Notes: generated from the letters alone by a model not told the origin. A stretch of DNA of 64,000 nt from Eledone cirrhosa (GCA_964016885.1 OZ024755.1:12090001-12154000), one strand, 5' to 3'. Positions 1 through 14,376 are shown, numbered from the stretch's first letter. Numbers and translations are program-made.

Positions 1-125
<125 letters not shown>

Positions 126-268
126 CAAATGGATATTTAATTTGTTGGTAATTCAACAAATATATTTATAACAGATTTATAACAAATATATTTAAAACGT
201 ATCCGGGTGAAACTTGAACCGTTAAGGTCTCATTCCTGAATATGTCAATATTTATAAAACAAACTTTG

Positions 269-329
269 TATTTTATCTGATGAGTGCGTACCAAAGTTTT
301 GGTACCCTTGAAATATATATAATAGAATA
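269..329 (+). ncRNA. Minimal type-I hammerhead ribozyme (palindromic stem III) in a (TA)n-embedded insert
   Basis: Stem I TATTTTAT(269-276)/ATAGAATA(322-329); core CTGATGA 277-283; stem II GTACCAAA/TTTGGTAC; GAAA 310-313; palindromic stem III ATATATAT; predicted cleavage after A321. Confidence 0.7.
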
Positions 330-422
330 AATATGGTTTTATAAATATAGTTTCCATTTATTAATATATGACGTACATGTGTAGTCGTACACACACACAC
401 ATATACCACACACACACACATA

Positions 423-833
<411 letters not shown>

Positions 834-1161
834 CTGCGATGCATGTGTGTGGTTATAAACATAGTTTTGTTGCAGATGGAATTAGTATTTCTATTTGATA
901 TATTCTCATAGCACATCTGACAAACAGTTTCGAAGATATACTTCATCTTCTAGTTTATGCTTATTGGGAGAAGATGCAGATGGAAAATATCTATATAACA
1001 GGGCCTTGGTGTTTTTCTGAATTTAGTGAGGGGATTCGTCGCAGTAGTGGTGATGCTGTCTGTGTTGTTGTTGTTGTTAATGACCGATAGCCATTTGCGC
1101 TAATAGCCAGCTCGGCAAAAATAATAAAAATCATAAATAAAATCATTAATATATATATATA

Positions 1162-1359
1162 TAGGAAAAAGTATGACCCCGACGGCAGAGCTCAAGCCAT
1201 ATCGACAGCTATTTCTCGACTGAGTCCAGAAATAGCCGTCGAAACGGCTTGAGCTCTGCCGTCGGGGTCATACTTTTTCCTAGTTCCCACTCTACTACCC
1301 TAAGTATTGAGTACACTGGTGCGTTATGGTCCATCTGGTTCCTTACCACAATTCCTTTG

Positions 1360-1361
<2 letters not shown>
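1162..1361. repeat. Foldback insert in (TA)n
   Basis: Inverted arms 1162-1216 and 1228-1282 with 3 mismatches. The 1287-1361 extension recurs inverted at 53629-53704. Confidence 0.8.
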
Positions 1362-1399
<38 letters not shown>

Positions 1400-1884
1400 T
1401 CGCCCTTCCACTCTCTGCTTCTCCCCCTCTCACTTGCTCCCGTTTGGCCTGTGCGGGCTCCTTTCTCACTCACACCTCACCTACGTCGGATGGTCTGTAT
1501 ATCTTTCTCGCCCATGAAATTAGCTGAATAGATATCATGTGCTTGTTTCTTCCTATCTTTCCGTTGCTATACCTTGTTTGTTTGTTTATTTGTCTCGCTC
1601 GCTTTACGCGATATTACTTGTCCCAATAGCTTTATTTAGCTATTGCTCGCACCAACTAGAGGTATATTATTTTTAAAGCGATGAAATACCAATGAAGGTT
1701 GGAAAATGACTGATGAAGGACTAATTTTTTTCCTACATATATATATACGTACGTACACACACATGCATATATATATAATACATTATGAAGAGAGAAGAAA
1801 CATTAGATACTATTAATAAGATATATCATACCCAAACTGCTTCTTTAGTCCCCGACTACGTAGTTTCGTGGCATATTATGCAAA

Positions 1885-1957
<73 letters not shown>

Positions 1958-2016
1958 GTGAGGTTTTTTTTACAAAATGAAAAATAACCGAGGTGTCCTA
2001 CACGAGTGGAAGTATA

Positions 2017-2219
2017 AAGAAAAAGGGATGAAATCGAAAATGCAACTGAAGTCTTATTTTTTTTTTAAATATATATATTTATTTGGTTCCTTTACCGGTT
2101 TCGCAGTTCTTCTGCTTTTCAAAAGGTGAGTTGAGATGGAGGGTCTGTGGTTTCAAATAAATATATATATTTTTAAAAAAAATAAGACTTCAGTTGCATT
2201 TTCGATTTCATCCCTTTTT

Positions 2220-2222
<3 letters not shown>
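2017..2222. repeat. Foldback insert in (TA)n enclosing a hammerhead motif
   Basis: Arms ~2017-2085 and 2154-2222. A related diverged family member lies at 43490-43710. Confidence 0.8.
2089..2126 (-). ncRNA. Minimal hammerhead ribozyme with U3-A8 core variant
   Basis: Minus strand reads CCTT-TTGAAAA-GCAG-aagaa-CTGC-GAAA-CCGG-TA-AAGG: stem I CCTT/AAGG, stem II GCAG/CTGC, palindromic stem III ACCGGT, GUA cleavage triplet. Confidence 0.65.
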
Positions 2223-2263
<41 letters not shown>

Positions 2264-2704
2264 AATGTTCCTCCTTCATTACCGAAGATGACCATGATTT
2301 CATATACATAAGATAAAAAGATGAGCTCTGAAAACAAGGCCGTTTTATCTGAGCAAGATGGCTTAGGTCAATTTTCGCTTTGAATATCTTATGACAATGA
2401 AGGTAGGGAATGCTGTGCTGTTGGCTAATCTAAGCACCAGGAAGCATAGCAAGAAATACCATGCTGAAGATCTGTATATAACGCAACTCTATTTTAATCA
2501 GTTGGGAACTAGGAGTACTTGAGAGACCTCAACATCATATAAATAGAACCACCCAACAGAGATAATACGGGATCGAGTTGACTTATTCGCCATTCTACAA
2601 AATACCTGTCCATTAGTAAAAACACTGCGACGCTAAAAATAAATGGCACGAGAGATCTGAGACTACATGCAGTGGAATAACCCCTTAGCTGGCTATGGAT
2701 GAGT

Positions 2705-3400
2705 CACTCTCTCTCTCTAGTATTGTTACCATGGTGATACGCACCTTTTTCCTTCAGTAAAGAAATGGACGAACAAACAGATATTGGGTAGAGAGGAATT
2801 TTCAATCTTGCCGAGTACATGACACCGTCTCTCTAGTGTTGGTACCACGATAATATGCACACTTTACAGCCTCTAAAATGGTTGACGATGGAACGAACAC
2901 TATATAGGTTACATAGGACTATTCAGTTATGCTGAGTAAAAGATTCTAGTGTTGGTACCACGATAATATGCACACTTTATAGCCTGTAAAATGGTTGATG
3001 ATGGAACGAACACTATATAGGTTACATATGACTATTCAGTTATGCTGAGTAAAAGACTCTAGTGTTGGTGCCACGATACGAAGCACGCATTCTACTCTGT
3101 AAAGTAGTTGGTGATTGAGCCGAGGTAATATTGGCTAGAGGGGAATATTCAGTTTTGTCGAGTTAAATATAATATTTCAATGTTGTATTGGTGCTGTGAT
3201 AAAATGTGCTACTGCACTCTAAAGTTTTTGGCACTAGAAAGGAAACGAAGTCGTAGAAACCATGTCAAACAAAGCGATGAGATAATTCTTCAGTTGTGTC
3301 AAAGAGATAACCTCCCTAGCGCTGGTACCGCGATAAAATTCACCCAGAACATTATGTAAAATAGTTGGAATTTGGAAAGTATGTAACTGTAGAAATTTTA
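2705..3400. repeat. Diverged ~115-bp tandem array built from RTE 3'-UTR-like sequence
   Basis: CTAGTGTTGGTACCACGATAATATGCAC...TTCAGTTATGCTGAGTAAA recurs near 2717, 2833, 2946, 3059 and 3316. Confidence 0.75.
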
Positions 3401-3509
3401 CCCATATTAAAGTGTAAGTAAGTGACCACCAGTCTGGGAGTACAGTAGTTCCTATTTAGTACTGATTTGATCAGTTACGATCTAGCCAACCCATACTAAA
3501 ATGAAGGCG

Positions 3510-3599
<90 letters not shown>

Positions 3600-5554
3600 A
3601 ATAGATAGATAAATAATGTTCATTGATTTCCAACACTGAAAAAAGTCATTAATTTGTATTGCGTAGTTAATGGTGATTAAATCATCTCCATTAAATTAAT
3701 GGTAATTATTTTACAGATACTCCAGGGATGAAAGGCAATGTCAAATATGAGACAATTTGAACTCTTGAGACAGGCAGACAAACAGGCAGTCAGACAAACA
3801 GGCAGACATTCTATGAGATTCTTAATCTAGTTTAGATTTTCTTTCTGCAAACACACTGCTATTAAATATTATTATTTATCAAATATTCAATAAACAACAG
3901 GCATCTTAAGGCCATCTCACCCGCTTGCAACAGCAGGAGTTTGTGTTACAAGCCCCATGTCAGGTTTCCATACTCATCAGAGAACAAGAAGAAGAAAAGT
4001 GCAACAAACAATCCGAGCATAGTGCAAGAAATAACTGCAACAATGAACAACAAACAACCGCAACAAACGATTGTAGCAGAATGCGACAAACGTTTGCAAC
4101 AGAAAGCAAGAGACAATCGCCACAGAATGCAACAAACGTTAGCAACTAAATGCAACATGCATGATCTCAGAGCAACAAACATAGCAACATAAAAATTCGC
4201 AAAAAAAAAAAACAATCGCAACAAAATGTAACGAGCATCCGCAACACTATGCCACACATGTGAAACTGGAAAAGAAGGAAAACAGAGCTTCAAACCAACA
4301 GATATGGCGGTCTGCAGCAAGCAACCTATTGAAAGATTAGGGACACCACTGAAGATTTTATTTTCATATATTGCGTCTATTTTTTTGTAGTTGGTGGTGA
4401 TGGTGGTAGTATTGTTATTGCTGTTGTTGCTCTTGTTACTGTTGTCGATGCTGCTGTTGCTTATCCTCGTATCAGCTATCAGCCAGCAGACTTATGGTCA
4501 AAGGTAAGTTCAAAATGTGAACCTGCCAACTGAAATGACCATAATAACAGTCGATCACTATAAATATTAGTTGAGAAAATCGGGTAAATTCCTCCTAGGA
4601 ATGGGGAAAAGTGGACAACGATGAAAATGAAATTTAGAAAGAGCCAGACATCATCATCGTCATTTTGCATGCTATAAAACTCACTTAATCCACTCTGTAA
4701 AGTGGTAGTATTGGTGCAATGAAATAGGTACCGAGTACACCTTGTAAGGTGGTTGGCGGACGTAAAATGATGATGATGATGATAAATTGACATAGTGGCA
4801 TGGGTTTAATCAGTATTTAATCAGAGCTATTGTCGTCCCAGGCGAGCCAGGGGAATCACATCTTGCTTACCATCGTTCTAGTTTTAGCATTGTTTTTGAA
4901 GCTAGATGCCCTTCCTATCAGCAATCACTTTACAGCGTGTAGTGGGTGCATTTTATTGTTGCACCAGCACATGTCTATCATTGACTCGACTGAATAGCTC
5001 TCTCTCTCTCTCTCTCTCTTTCTCTACCCTGAGAGGAGGGGATGCCTTGTTCAGAAGTGAGAATTAGGGGTAGTGGTTAACCTTTTCATTATCCCCTCCC
5101 AACATATTTTCATGGAGAAAAATTATACCAAAAATAAGAAATGGATGGGTGAAGAGAAAAGCAAGAGTGAAAAGGGAGAAGCGGGAGAAGTGAAAGAGAA
5201 AGAAATGAAAGGGAAAAGAAAAAGGGTAAAAGGGAAAGGAGCAAAGAGAAAGAGAGAAGGAAAGAGAAGGAAAAGAGAAAGAAGTGAAGGAAAGAGAAGA
5301 GAAAGAGAGAAGGAAAGAAAGAAAAATAAAGCAGAAAAGGAAAGATGGAGAAAGGGAAGATGGAGACAGAATAGAAATAAAAAGTGATAAATGGAAGGTT
5401 AAGACAAAGAGGATAATGAAAGAGAGTGAAAAGAAGAGGTAGAATGTACCTTTGTCTATTTTCATGATTGGTGTTCCAGTTGATTGATCAATGGAATGAC
5501 TTATTAAATTAACATATAAGGAGTTGTGTATTCCACAGCCACATAAACCCTTAA

Positions 5555-5830
5555 CCCTTTTGATAACAACCTACCCAAAACTGCTCCTGGTTTTGTAATA
5601 TAAATCTGTCCATTTTAAAATGATATTGTTTCTTACATAAAATTATGTAAGAAGTGGTATAATCATCCATTATAATTTTATGAAGGAAATGCCTCTTAAG
5701 TAATGTTCCAAACACCAACACACTAATGAAAAAGTTAATTATTCTAAATTCCACAAATGTTTTGATTATTTTCGAAATTAATTGAAACACATAAGAAATG
5801 TATTTCGATAAAAATATAGTAACAAAATGT
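5555..5830. mobile_element. TTAA-specific (piggyBac-like) MITE inserted in a SINE
   Basis: TTAA at 5551-5554 and 5831-5834; left end CCCTTTTGATA. Splits a SINE motif that has a single TTAA in uninterrupted copies (22071-22118, 28901-28940). Confidence 0.8.
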
Positions 5831-6959
5831 TTAACATAATTCTCGGGGAGATGCAATGTGACATGATGTGTGACAAGGCTGGTGTTTTGAATTACAAATA
5901 AAGACTCTCTGACAGGCTTCTAAATAGTTCCTATCTATACAATTTTATCACAAGGCTTGGATCAAGCCAAGGCTATGTTAAATGATGCCCAAAATGATAC
6001 ACTGGGAGATTGAAATATCATTATCATAAAATAAACTTCTTAACCATTCGACCATGCCTGCATCCATATAAAGAGAGGTATAGGGAATAAGATTAAAAGG
6101 AAGGAGAAAGAAAGATATCAAAAGTGACATAGAGAAGGAGTAAAGGCATGTGGCCTAGTGGTTAGGGAGTTAGATGTACAATCATGTGCATTGTGCTCTT
6201 CAGAAACATGCTTAATTTCAAGTTGTTTTTCATGATAGGACAGGCGACCTTGTCATTAAAACATCCATAAAATATCATATGAAATCCAACCTCGTTGTAG
6301 GTCAGCCAAACTTAAACAGGTGCAAGCCATAAATTTCATTTCTTTTGTTTATTTGTTTTCATGCTGGAATGGGTTGGACAGGTGATCATGGTCTGAGACA
6401 AGAGGCTGAGGATGTAAGTAAGAAAATGTGGTGTACCACAATACAAAATGTACTCAGAGCTCAGCCCACACTGGAAGGTGGAAGTGCTGGTATAATGATG
6501 AAATGCACTCAGCCAACTCTAAAGTGGGAGTGCTGGTACCATGCAAATAAAAAACAGTCCACCCTATCAAGTTTAGTGATGATACCATGAGAAAGCAAAA
6601 CCTAGTATATACCATGAGTGCTTGGTCCTATCATCTCATTTCTACAGCTGAGTAAACTGGAGCAATGTGAAATAAAGTGTCTTGCTCAAGGAAACAACAC
6701 ATCACCCGGTCTGAGAATTGAACTCACAACCTTTTGATTGCAAGCCCAATTCTCTAACCACTAAGCCATGTGCCTCCATGTATGTAATATCATAGAATAA
6801 ATTATTTAATCACTTCCTCATGCCAGTAATCAACATAAACTATAGTGTTTCCCTTATGCAAGCCATTAATTTATCAAAACCACAAAGTTCTGTTTGTATG
6901 ACTGTTCATGTATCCAGTAATCCTGGACTCCAAAAATTAGATATGTTCAACACTATTGC

Positions 6960-7519
6960 CATCATTATTGAGGCAAGAGTGATTATCTTGCTCGCATAGG
7001 ACTGTCTGGCGGGTTTTCTACGGTTGGATGCCCTTCCTAACACCAACCACGTTTACAGTGTGGGTCTGGGAGGTTTTTACCGTGTTGCCTACACGGCCAC
7101 ATTACAGCGTGGACTGTGTATTTTTTTGTCGTGACACCTACACGATCTCATTTGTTTCGGCCTGGATGGTGTGGTACCAACATAACTTTACATAGAAGGG
7201 GGCGGTGTGGATGGGGTGGGGGTGGTGGGACGGGGGTGTATTTTGTTAGAGATGCCTACTGACTGTAGTAGGTTTTACTTTGTATTTAGGTAAGGCGGGT
7301 CTTCTCTATTACTGAGTACCGCCAAAGGTCTCGGTCCAGTGACATTGTCTTGGTGAGGTGTAAGTGTGTGAGGTCGGAGTTTATCAGCTCGTCCCAGATT
7401 TTTCTGGGTCTGCCTATTCCGTGGCTACCATCTATCTTTATTGCCCTGCACTTTGTTATACAGCTATCGTCCTTCATGCGCATCACGTGACCATACCAAC
7501 GTAGCCTTCTCTCTAGTAA
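6960..7519 (-). mobile_element. 5'-truncated RTE LINE copy
   Basis: Nearly identical to 52928-53482; encodes MRMKDDSCITKCRAIKIDGSHGIGRPRK. Confidence 0.9.
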
Positions 7520-7743
7520 TCAAAGTAAAGTTTAATAATATTCTTTATTATGGCTAAGTGATGAGTCTTGTTATTCTGGAGTTTCACCTGTGGACTTTGT
7601 TTATTATAAATTATAGATATACTGCTATATATATATATATATAGTATTGAAGTTTCCGTTGAAAATTGAAAAAGTCATAGGAGTGAAGAGTGCTCTATGT
7701 AAGTACCAGAGCTAAATTTAATGTATAATAAACAATACAATAT

Positions 7744-7821
7744 AATTACCTCATTACCAGAGGTTTCCCGAATAAGATGAATACGAAAAACGTCCTCATT
7801 CGTTCATCGGACAAGGCAATT
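7744..7821 (-). ncRNA. Type-I hammerhead ribozyme fold (U4C core variant)
   Basis: Minus strand: stem I AATTGCCTTGT/ATGAGGTAATT (11 bp including GU pairs), core CCGATGA, stem II CGAATGAGG/TCTTATTCG, GAAA, stem III ACC-tct-GGT, GUA triplet. Confidence 0.65.
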
Positions 7822-8101
7822 TAAAACATAGTGAAATATTTGAAAAATCTCCTCAAGAAAGGCAAGAGTTTAACAGGCAAAAAAAAATATATCTATATAT
7901 GATAAAGAGAGAGAGTAGTGTACAGGTGGTTAACTGGTTAGCAGCAATTGAAATATCTGATAGTCAACTCACTACAAACTGTTGGGGTCAATATTTTTCT
8001 ATATTCTAAAATATGTTACAGTTAATTATTTATAAATTTATAAAGTTTTGCAAATTGTGACATATTCACACTTTTTGAATAATAAATTCTGTGGATCTTA
8101 T

Positions 8102-8145
<44 letters not shown>

Positions 8146-8339
8146 GTTATCATTTTATATCCATTAGCGATATTAGCATGGGTTGGACAAGCCATCAAGG
8201 TTTGAAGCTAAATTAATCAGCGGACCACATCTTGCTCATATATTCCATTTTGGTGTGGTTTCTAGAGCTGAATATCCAACTAGATGACAACCACATTACA
8301 GAGTATTAATGGGTGCATTTATTGTAGCGACAGAAAGAT

Positions 8340-10430
8340 AAAAATATGAATGAAAGAGATTAAAGGAAATAAGAACCAAACAGCAAGAAGGAAAGAAAAA
8401 GAAAGAAAAAAGAAGGATAAAATGAGACAAGATTAAATGGGGAGGAAATAAGAAGAAAAGAGGAAGAAGGAATATGAGAAGAATTAGAAAAAAAGAAAAG
8501 TTAGAGAAAGAATGAACAAAAACACTGAGAAATAAAGGAAATCAATGAACGAGAGGAATGAAAGTGGTAAAAGGAAAAAAGCAAAAAATAAAATAGCAAA
8601 AAGAATAAAAGTGAAAGAGTAAAAGGAGAAAAGGATAAAGAGATGATGAGGAAAAGGAAGGGGTCAAAAAGGACATGAATGAGTGTGTGAAGGAGGGGCA
8701 GAAGAGGAAGGAAAGAGAAGGGGGCATGAAATATAAAGGAAGAATAAAAAAAGAAAGAAAGGTAGAAGAATGAAAAGGAAAGAAAATAATTAGAAAGAAA
8801 AAAAATTAAAAAGAAAAAAAGAGAAAGGAGAATGTAAAAGAAAGATGAAAAATTAGAAGAAAGAGTAAAAAAGAAAGAAAATTATAGAGTAAAAAAGAGA
8901 GTGGGAGAGTGAGAAAGAGAGAGAAAGTAAGAATTAAAAATTTAATGAAGAAAAATATAAAAGAAAGTGTAAGAATTAAAAGATTGAAATGAAAGAAAAA
9001 AGAGAAGAATTATAAAGAAAGAGACTAGAAAGAGAGAAAGTAAAAGGAAATGAAAGCCAAAGAGTTAAAAGTGGAAGAAGAGCGAAAGAGAGAGAGAAAA
9101 AAAGAGAGATGATGATAAAGGAAAAGTGTGCATCAATGTGCAGACACGTGTGTGAATATATACATGCATAAATGTGCATATATGCATGCAACATGGTGTG
9201 CGTGTGTGTGTGAGTGTTAGTGTACAGTGAAGGTAGCAATGAGTGGAGTGTGCGGTGGGGGAGTCGTGGTGGTGGTGGTGGTGGTGAGGGGGAGACAAAG
9301 CAGAGAGAAGGGTTAAAGTTCAAGAACAAAAGCACAACACTGCTATGGTATGCAGCAACATGCATTATAAAGAAGAGCAGGCAGAGAAAGTTGCATGCAA
9401 GTTTGCAAGTGACGACAACGGCAGTGCAGCAGTTGTTATATAGTATTGGCCAAATGGAGAGAGAGAAAAGTTGCAAGCACCAAAACGGAGAAGAATTTAG
9501 ACACAACTTGCAACAACACCAGACACCAGCATCACAACAAAAACGAACAACACCAACAAGTGCAGCAAGAGCAAAAACTGCAGCAGTAGCAGCAACAACA
9601 GAAACAGAAACAACAAAAACAGCAGCAAAAAAATCAGCAACAAAAACAAAACAACACCAACAATTGCAACAGCAACAGAAACTCTAGCAACAAAAACAAA
9701 AACAACAACATAGCAAGTGCAACAATAAACAAAAAATTGGGAGAAAAATAAGAAAAAAAAAACAGAAACAAATATTACAGCACAAAGAAGTGCACCAACT
9801 GCTAAAACTGCATCAGCAGCAGCAACAAGAACAAATACAACAATAACAACTACTACCACTACGACTCCTTCTGTTGTAACTACCACACTGACCACAGCCA
9901 CAACTGCATTAGCAAACAACTGCATTTACAACTGCAACAACCACTGCACACACAACTATATCTGCCACCACCCAACAACACATGCTGCACCAGTAGCATC
10001 TAAACAAATGACAACTACAACAACAACTACAGGTACCATAACTTTTAAAGATCACTACACTATTAAACATCAATAACAACAACGATAACAGAAACTGCAA
10101 TAACACAACTGCATTTACAACAACATGAACAACGATAAGAGTGTCTGACAGACAGACCAACAGGGGGACTTGAAAACTGCACATTTTGATGACAAGAAAG
10201 TGACTTTTAACTATAGAGTGAGCGTGGTATTGAAGAAGGAGAAGAAGACGAAAGAAAAGAGAAAAAGAAAATAAAGTAAGAGAAAAAAGGAAGGAGAAGA
10301 AAGAAAAAAAAGAAAAAGAAAGAGAAGAAAGAAAAGAAGAAAAAGGAGAAGAAAGAAGAAAAAGAAACATAAGAAAGAAGAAGAGGACAGAAGACAAAGG
10401 CAAAGAAGGAAAGGAAAGAGAAAAGAATCA
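8340..10430. repeat. Low-complexity purine-rich and CAA-rich region
   Basis: GAAA/AGA and ACA/GCA runs; the ORFs here are compositional artefacts. Confidence 0.9.
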
Positions 10431-10524
10431 ACAGGTAATATAACTTTTTGTACCTGTCAAAACTAAATTGTTTAAAATATTTGAAATTATTTTTTGGGAT
10501 GTATGTATGTACATGTGTATATAC

Positions 10525-10583
<59 letters not shown>

Positions 10584-10728
10584 GTATAGACAAATATTTT
10601 TGTATAAGCTTACAAATATAAATGTATGTGTGTGCACGTGTATGTTCTACGGTATATATATACATACATATATATGTATATGTATATATATCATCATTTG
10701 ATTAAACGCATACACACACACACACGCA

Positions 10729-10822
<94 letters not shown>

Positions 10823-10903
10823 ATGAATGTATAAAAACTTCTTTTTAATTTAGATATAAATTTTCCTACCTAATTTACTAATTTAGTTCTTATAAAACAT
10901 TTG

Positions 10904-10981
<78 letters not shown>

Positions 10982-11486
10982 TTATGTGTGTGTACTAAGT
11001 AACTGAGTTTGCCAGTTAACTTTCAATAACCATTTAATCTATCATGAATATAAATTGAAGAGCCATGACCCCTACAATTTCTCACTTTTATTACTACTCC
11101 TATATCAATTCATTTACAATACGTATATACATTTTTATATATACACAGTTATATATGTGTATATATATAAATATATATATATATAGACACACACACACTG
11201 TATGCTTCAAAAGTATATGTAAAAATATTGAAAATCTACATAATCATACAAGTACTGCTATATATATATATATATATAAATATCTATATATATATTAATT
11301 GTTTCTACGTTAGGCACAAGGCCAGAAATTAACCAGTGTATTACTGGTACTTTATTTTATCGACGAGGTGTTACATTTTCATTAAGTTTATTCAGGTGTG
11401 ATGTATGTTTCATCATTGATCCGCTCAAGTTTCGATCTCTAGCGATCAGGCTTGACTGTATATATATATATATATATATGTGTGTG

Positions 11487-11517
<31 letters not shown>

Positions 11518-11522
11518 ATATA

Positions 11523-11606
<84 letters not shown>

Positions 11607-11744
11607 CACACACACATTTAAATTGTATATACACATGTATTCATACACACAAAAAATTCTGTTCATGAAGAGTTCATCTAAATTTAGAAGTGATAGTACA
11701 CACATACACACACACTTTACACATGGACACACACTGACACCCAC

Positions 11745-12130
11745 CCACATACACACAACCGCACACAAACACACAACCACAGCCACAACCACACACATAC
11801 ACACACACATACAAACAGAGATGCACACAACCACACACAAACACACACATACACAGCCACAACCACACACATACACACACATACAAACAGAGATGCACAC
11901 AACCACACACAAATATACACATACACAGCCACAACCACACACATACACACACATACAAACAGAGATGCACACAACCACACACAAACACACACATACACAG
12001 CCACAACCACACACATACACACACATACAAACAGAGATGCACACAACCACACACAAATATACACATACACAGCCACAACCACACACATACAAACAGAGAT
12101 GCACACAACCACACACAAATATACACACAC
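11745..12130. repeat. 66-bp CA-rich minisatellite, ~5 units
   Basis: Repeated ACACATACAAACAGAGATGCACACAACCACACACAAA; 22-aa periodicity in the ORF track. Confidence 0.9.
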
Positions 12131-12670
12131 AAAGACTGCACATTTGTTTGTGGAAACATGCATGTTTCACTTACATAAGAATGGAACAACCTACATCACT
12201 GCAACACCTACATACTTTACTGTGCTAAGCTCATGCACATTGCTCTCTCTCTCTCTCTCTCTCTCTCTGAATAAAAATATATATTGCCGGGTGCACACTG
12301 CTTGCATCGCACACTACCATACTTAGCAAGTATTTGTGCACCACAATACATTCATACCCATATAGTTAACTATGTAACAGAGTGTCGAATAGCATAGCAA
12401 TGGATATTTAAACAATCTAACTATTTATATTCACACACACATACACACACATACACCCACATACACACACATACACACACATACACACACATACACACAC
12501 ACACTCATATATATGTGCAGAATAAGCAAACAGTCACACAGTCACGCTTAAATGTCTGTACCCACACGTATGATCAGTCAATGACCTATATATATATATG
12601 TGCATACATATGCAAGTATGTGTGCATATGTGTGTGTATGTATATTATCTATGTATATGTGTGCATGTAA

Positions 12671-12720
<50 letters not shown>

Positions 12721-12802
12721 TATATATATATACACATAGGGAGGGGGAGAGAAATGAATACATATTTGCCTGTGTGTTTTGTTTAGTGTTTATGTGCATC
12801 TA

Positions 12803-12868
<66 letters not shown>

Positions 12869-13645
12869 TCGAGTTATCTACACGACAACTGACTGCATAC
12901 AAATGCACATCATAAATACATCCCACATACACAGCACAGTCACACACATACACACATAGGCGCACAAAAGCGCAGACATGTCAAAGTGCTGGGATTTCAG
13001 TCTGTGTGATGCAATCTAAGTTGTGTAAAAGTAAATTTGATAGTTTGAGTACATAGAACTGCACAGATATGTAGCGTTAGTGTTGCAGTAGTACTGCACG
13101 TCACTTGAAAATGAACTGCTAAAACAAATACAAACATATATATGCAACATGAGGAAAAAGGTTGGGTGGATTGGATGGGTAGGTGGGTGTGGAAAGAGGT
13201 ATGCTCTACAGTAAGAGAGGGTGTGTGTGTTTTTTTAGACGAAGAGAAAGATAGACGAAGAGAAAGATAGACGAAGAGAAAGATAGACGAAGAGAATGAT
13301 AGAGAGTGAGAAGAAAGTATAGAAAGAGAGAAAAAGAGAAACAGTAAGCGATATATTTAAAGGGTGAGAAAAAAAGGAAAATATATGTATCCTATTTAGT
13401 TTAGGTAGATTGTATCTCTGCATATCGTAAAAAGTGACTAAAAGGGTTAGTGAAAGGAAGGGCATCTGGTTGTAAAGCATTGCCTTAAAAAGTCTCATTT
13501 ACCCCATACCAGTAGTTACACTGTCTGAATTTAGCCAGTGGGGAAGAAACTTTTGTCAACTAACACTATGAAAACTAACCTTTATGAGTGTTTAAGTGAT
13601 GGAAAGCAATGGAGAGAACTTTCTCTCTCCCCCATATATACATAT

Positions 13646-13701
<56 letters not shown>

Positions 13702-13986
13702 GGCTAATAAAATAATGTGCTTTCTTTCCTCTCAACACTTTTCCTTCTTTTCTTTTCTTTTTTACTTTCAACTGTCTTCCTTTTTCTATCTCTGAAACAT
13801 CCTCTCTTTTCTATCTTCCAATGAAGCACTAGCATAGGAAACGTTGAGACTATATCCAGCTATAAAGAATGTATAAGCATGATAAGGTCATTCTGACCTG
13901 TCTGGTCAGTGACTGTGACAATCTGTCCAACTTATGCCAGCATGGAAAGCTGATGAAAAATACTACAATAATGATGTGTTAAACAA

Positions 13987-14376
13987 ATATACACTAATAC
14001 ATTGTATCATTCTCCAGGGTTTTTTCTTGTTAACTTTATATATATATATATATATAAAGTTAACAAGAAAAAACCCTGGAGAATGATACAACGTATTTGT
14101 GTATATTAGTGTATATTAGTGTATATATATATCTAATAATTCTAAGGACATGATTTATGATATATATATAATATATATATAATAGCTTTCACCTTATTTT
14201 TTTTTACTAAAGAAATTTTAGTCTGATAATGGGGTTTAGAACCCTCAGATAAATGGAAAAAGCTGAGTATTGATGTACATGTTCAATACTCATCTTTTTC
14301 CATTTATCTGAGGGTTCTAAACCCCATTATCAGACTAAAATTTCTTTAGTCAAAAAAAAATAAGGTGAAAGCTATT
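13987..14376. repeat. Two adjacent foldback palindromes
   Basis: 13987-14106 is centred on a (TA)n spacer; 14181-14376 has ~92-bp near-perfect arms. Confidence 0.85.

Noticed and set aside
2268-2410. CCTTCATT/AATGAAGG stem with CCGAAGA core
   Set aside because: No properly placed GAAA or stem III; too degenerate to call.
3925-4320. Q/N/T-rich ORFs
   Set aside because: Degenerate GCAACA low-complexity repeat.
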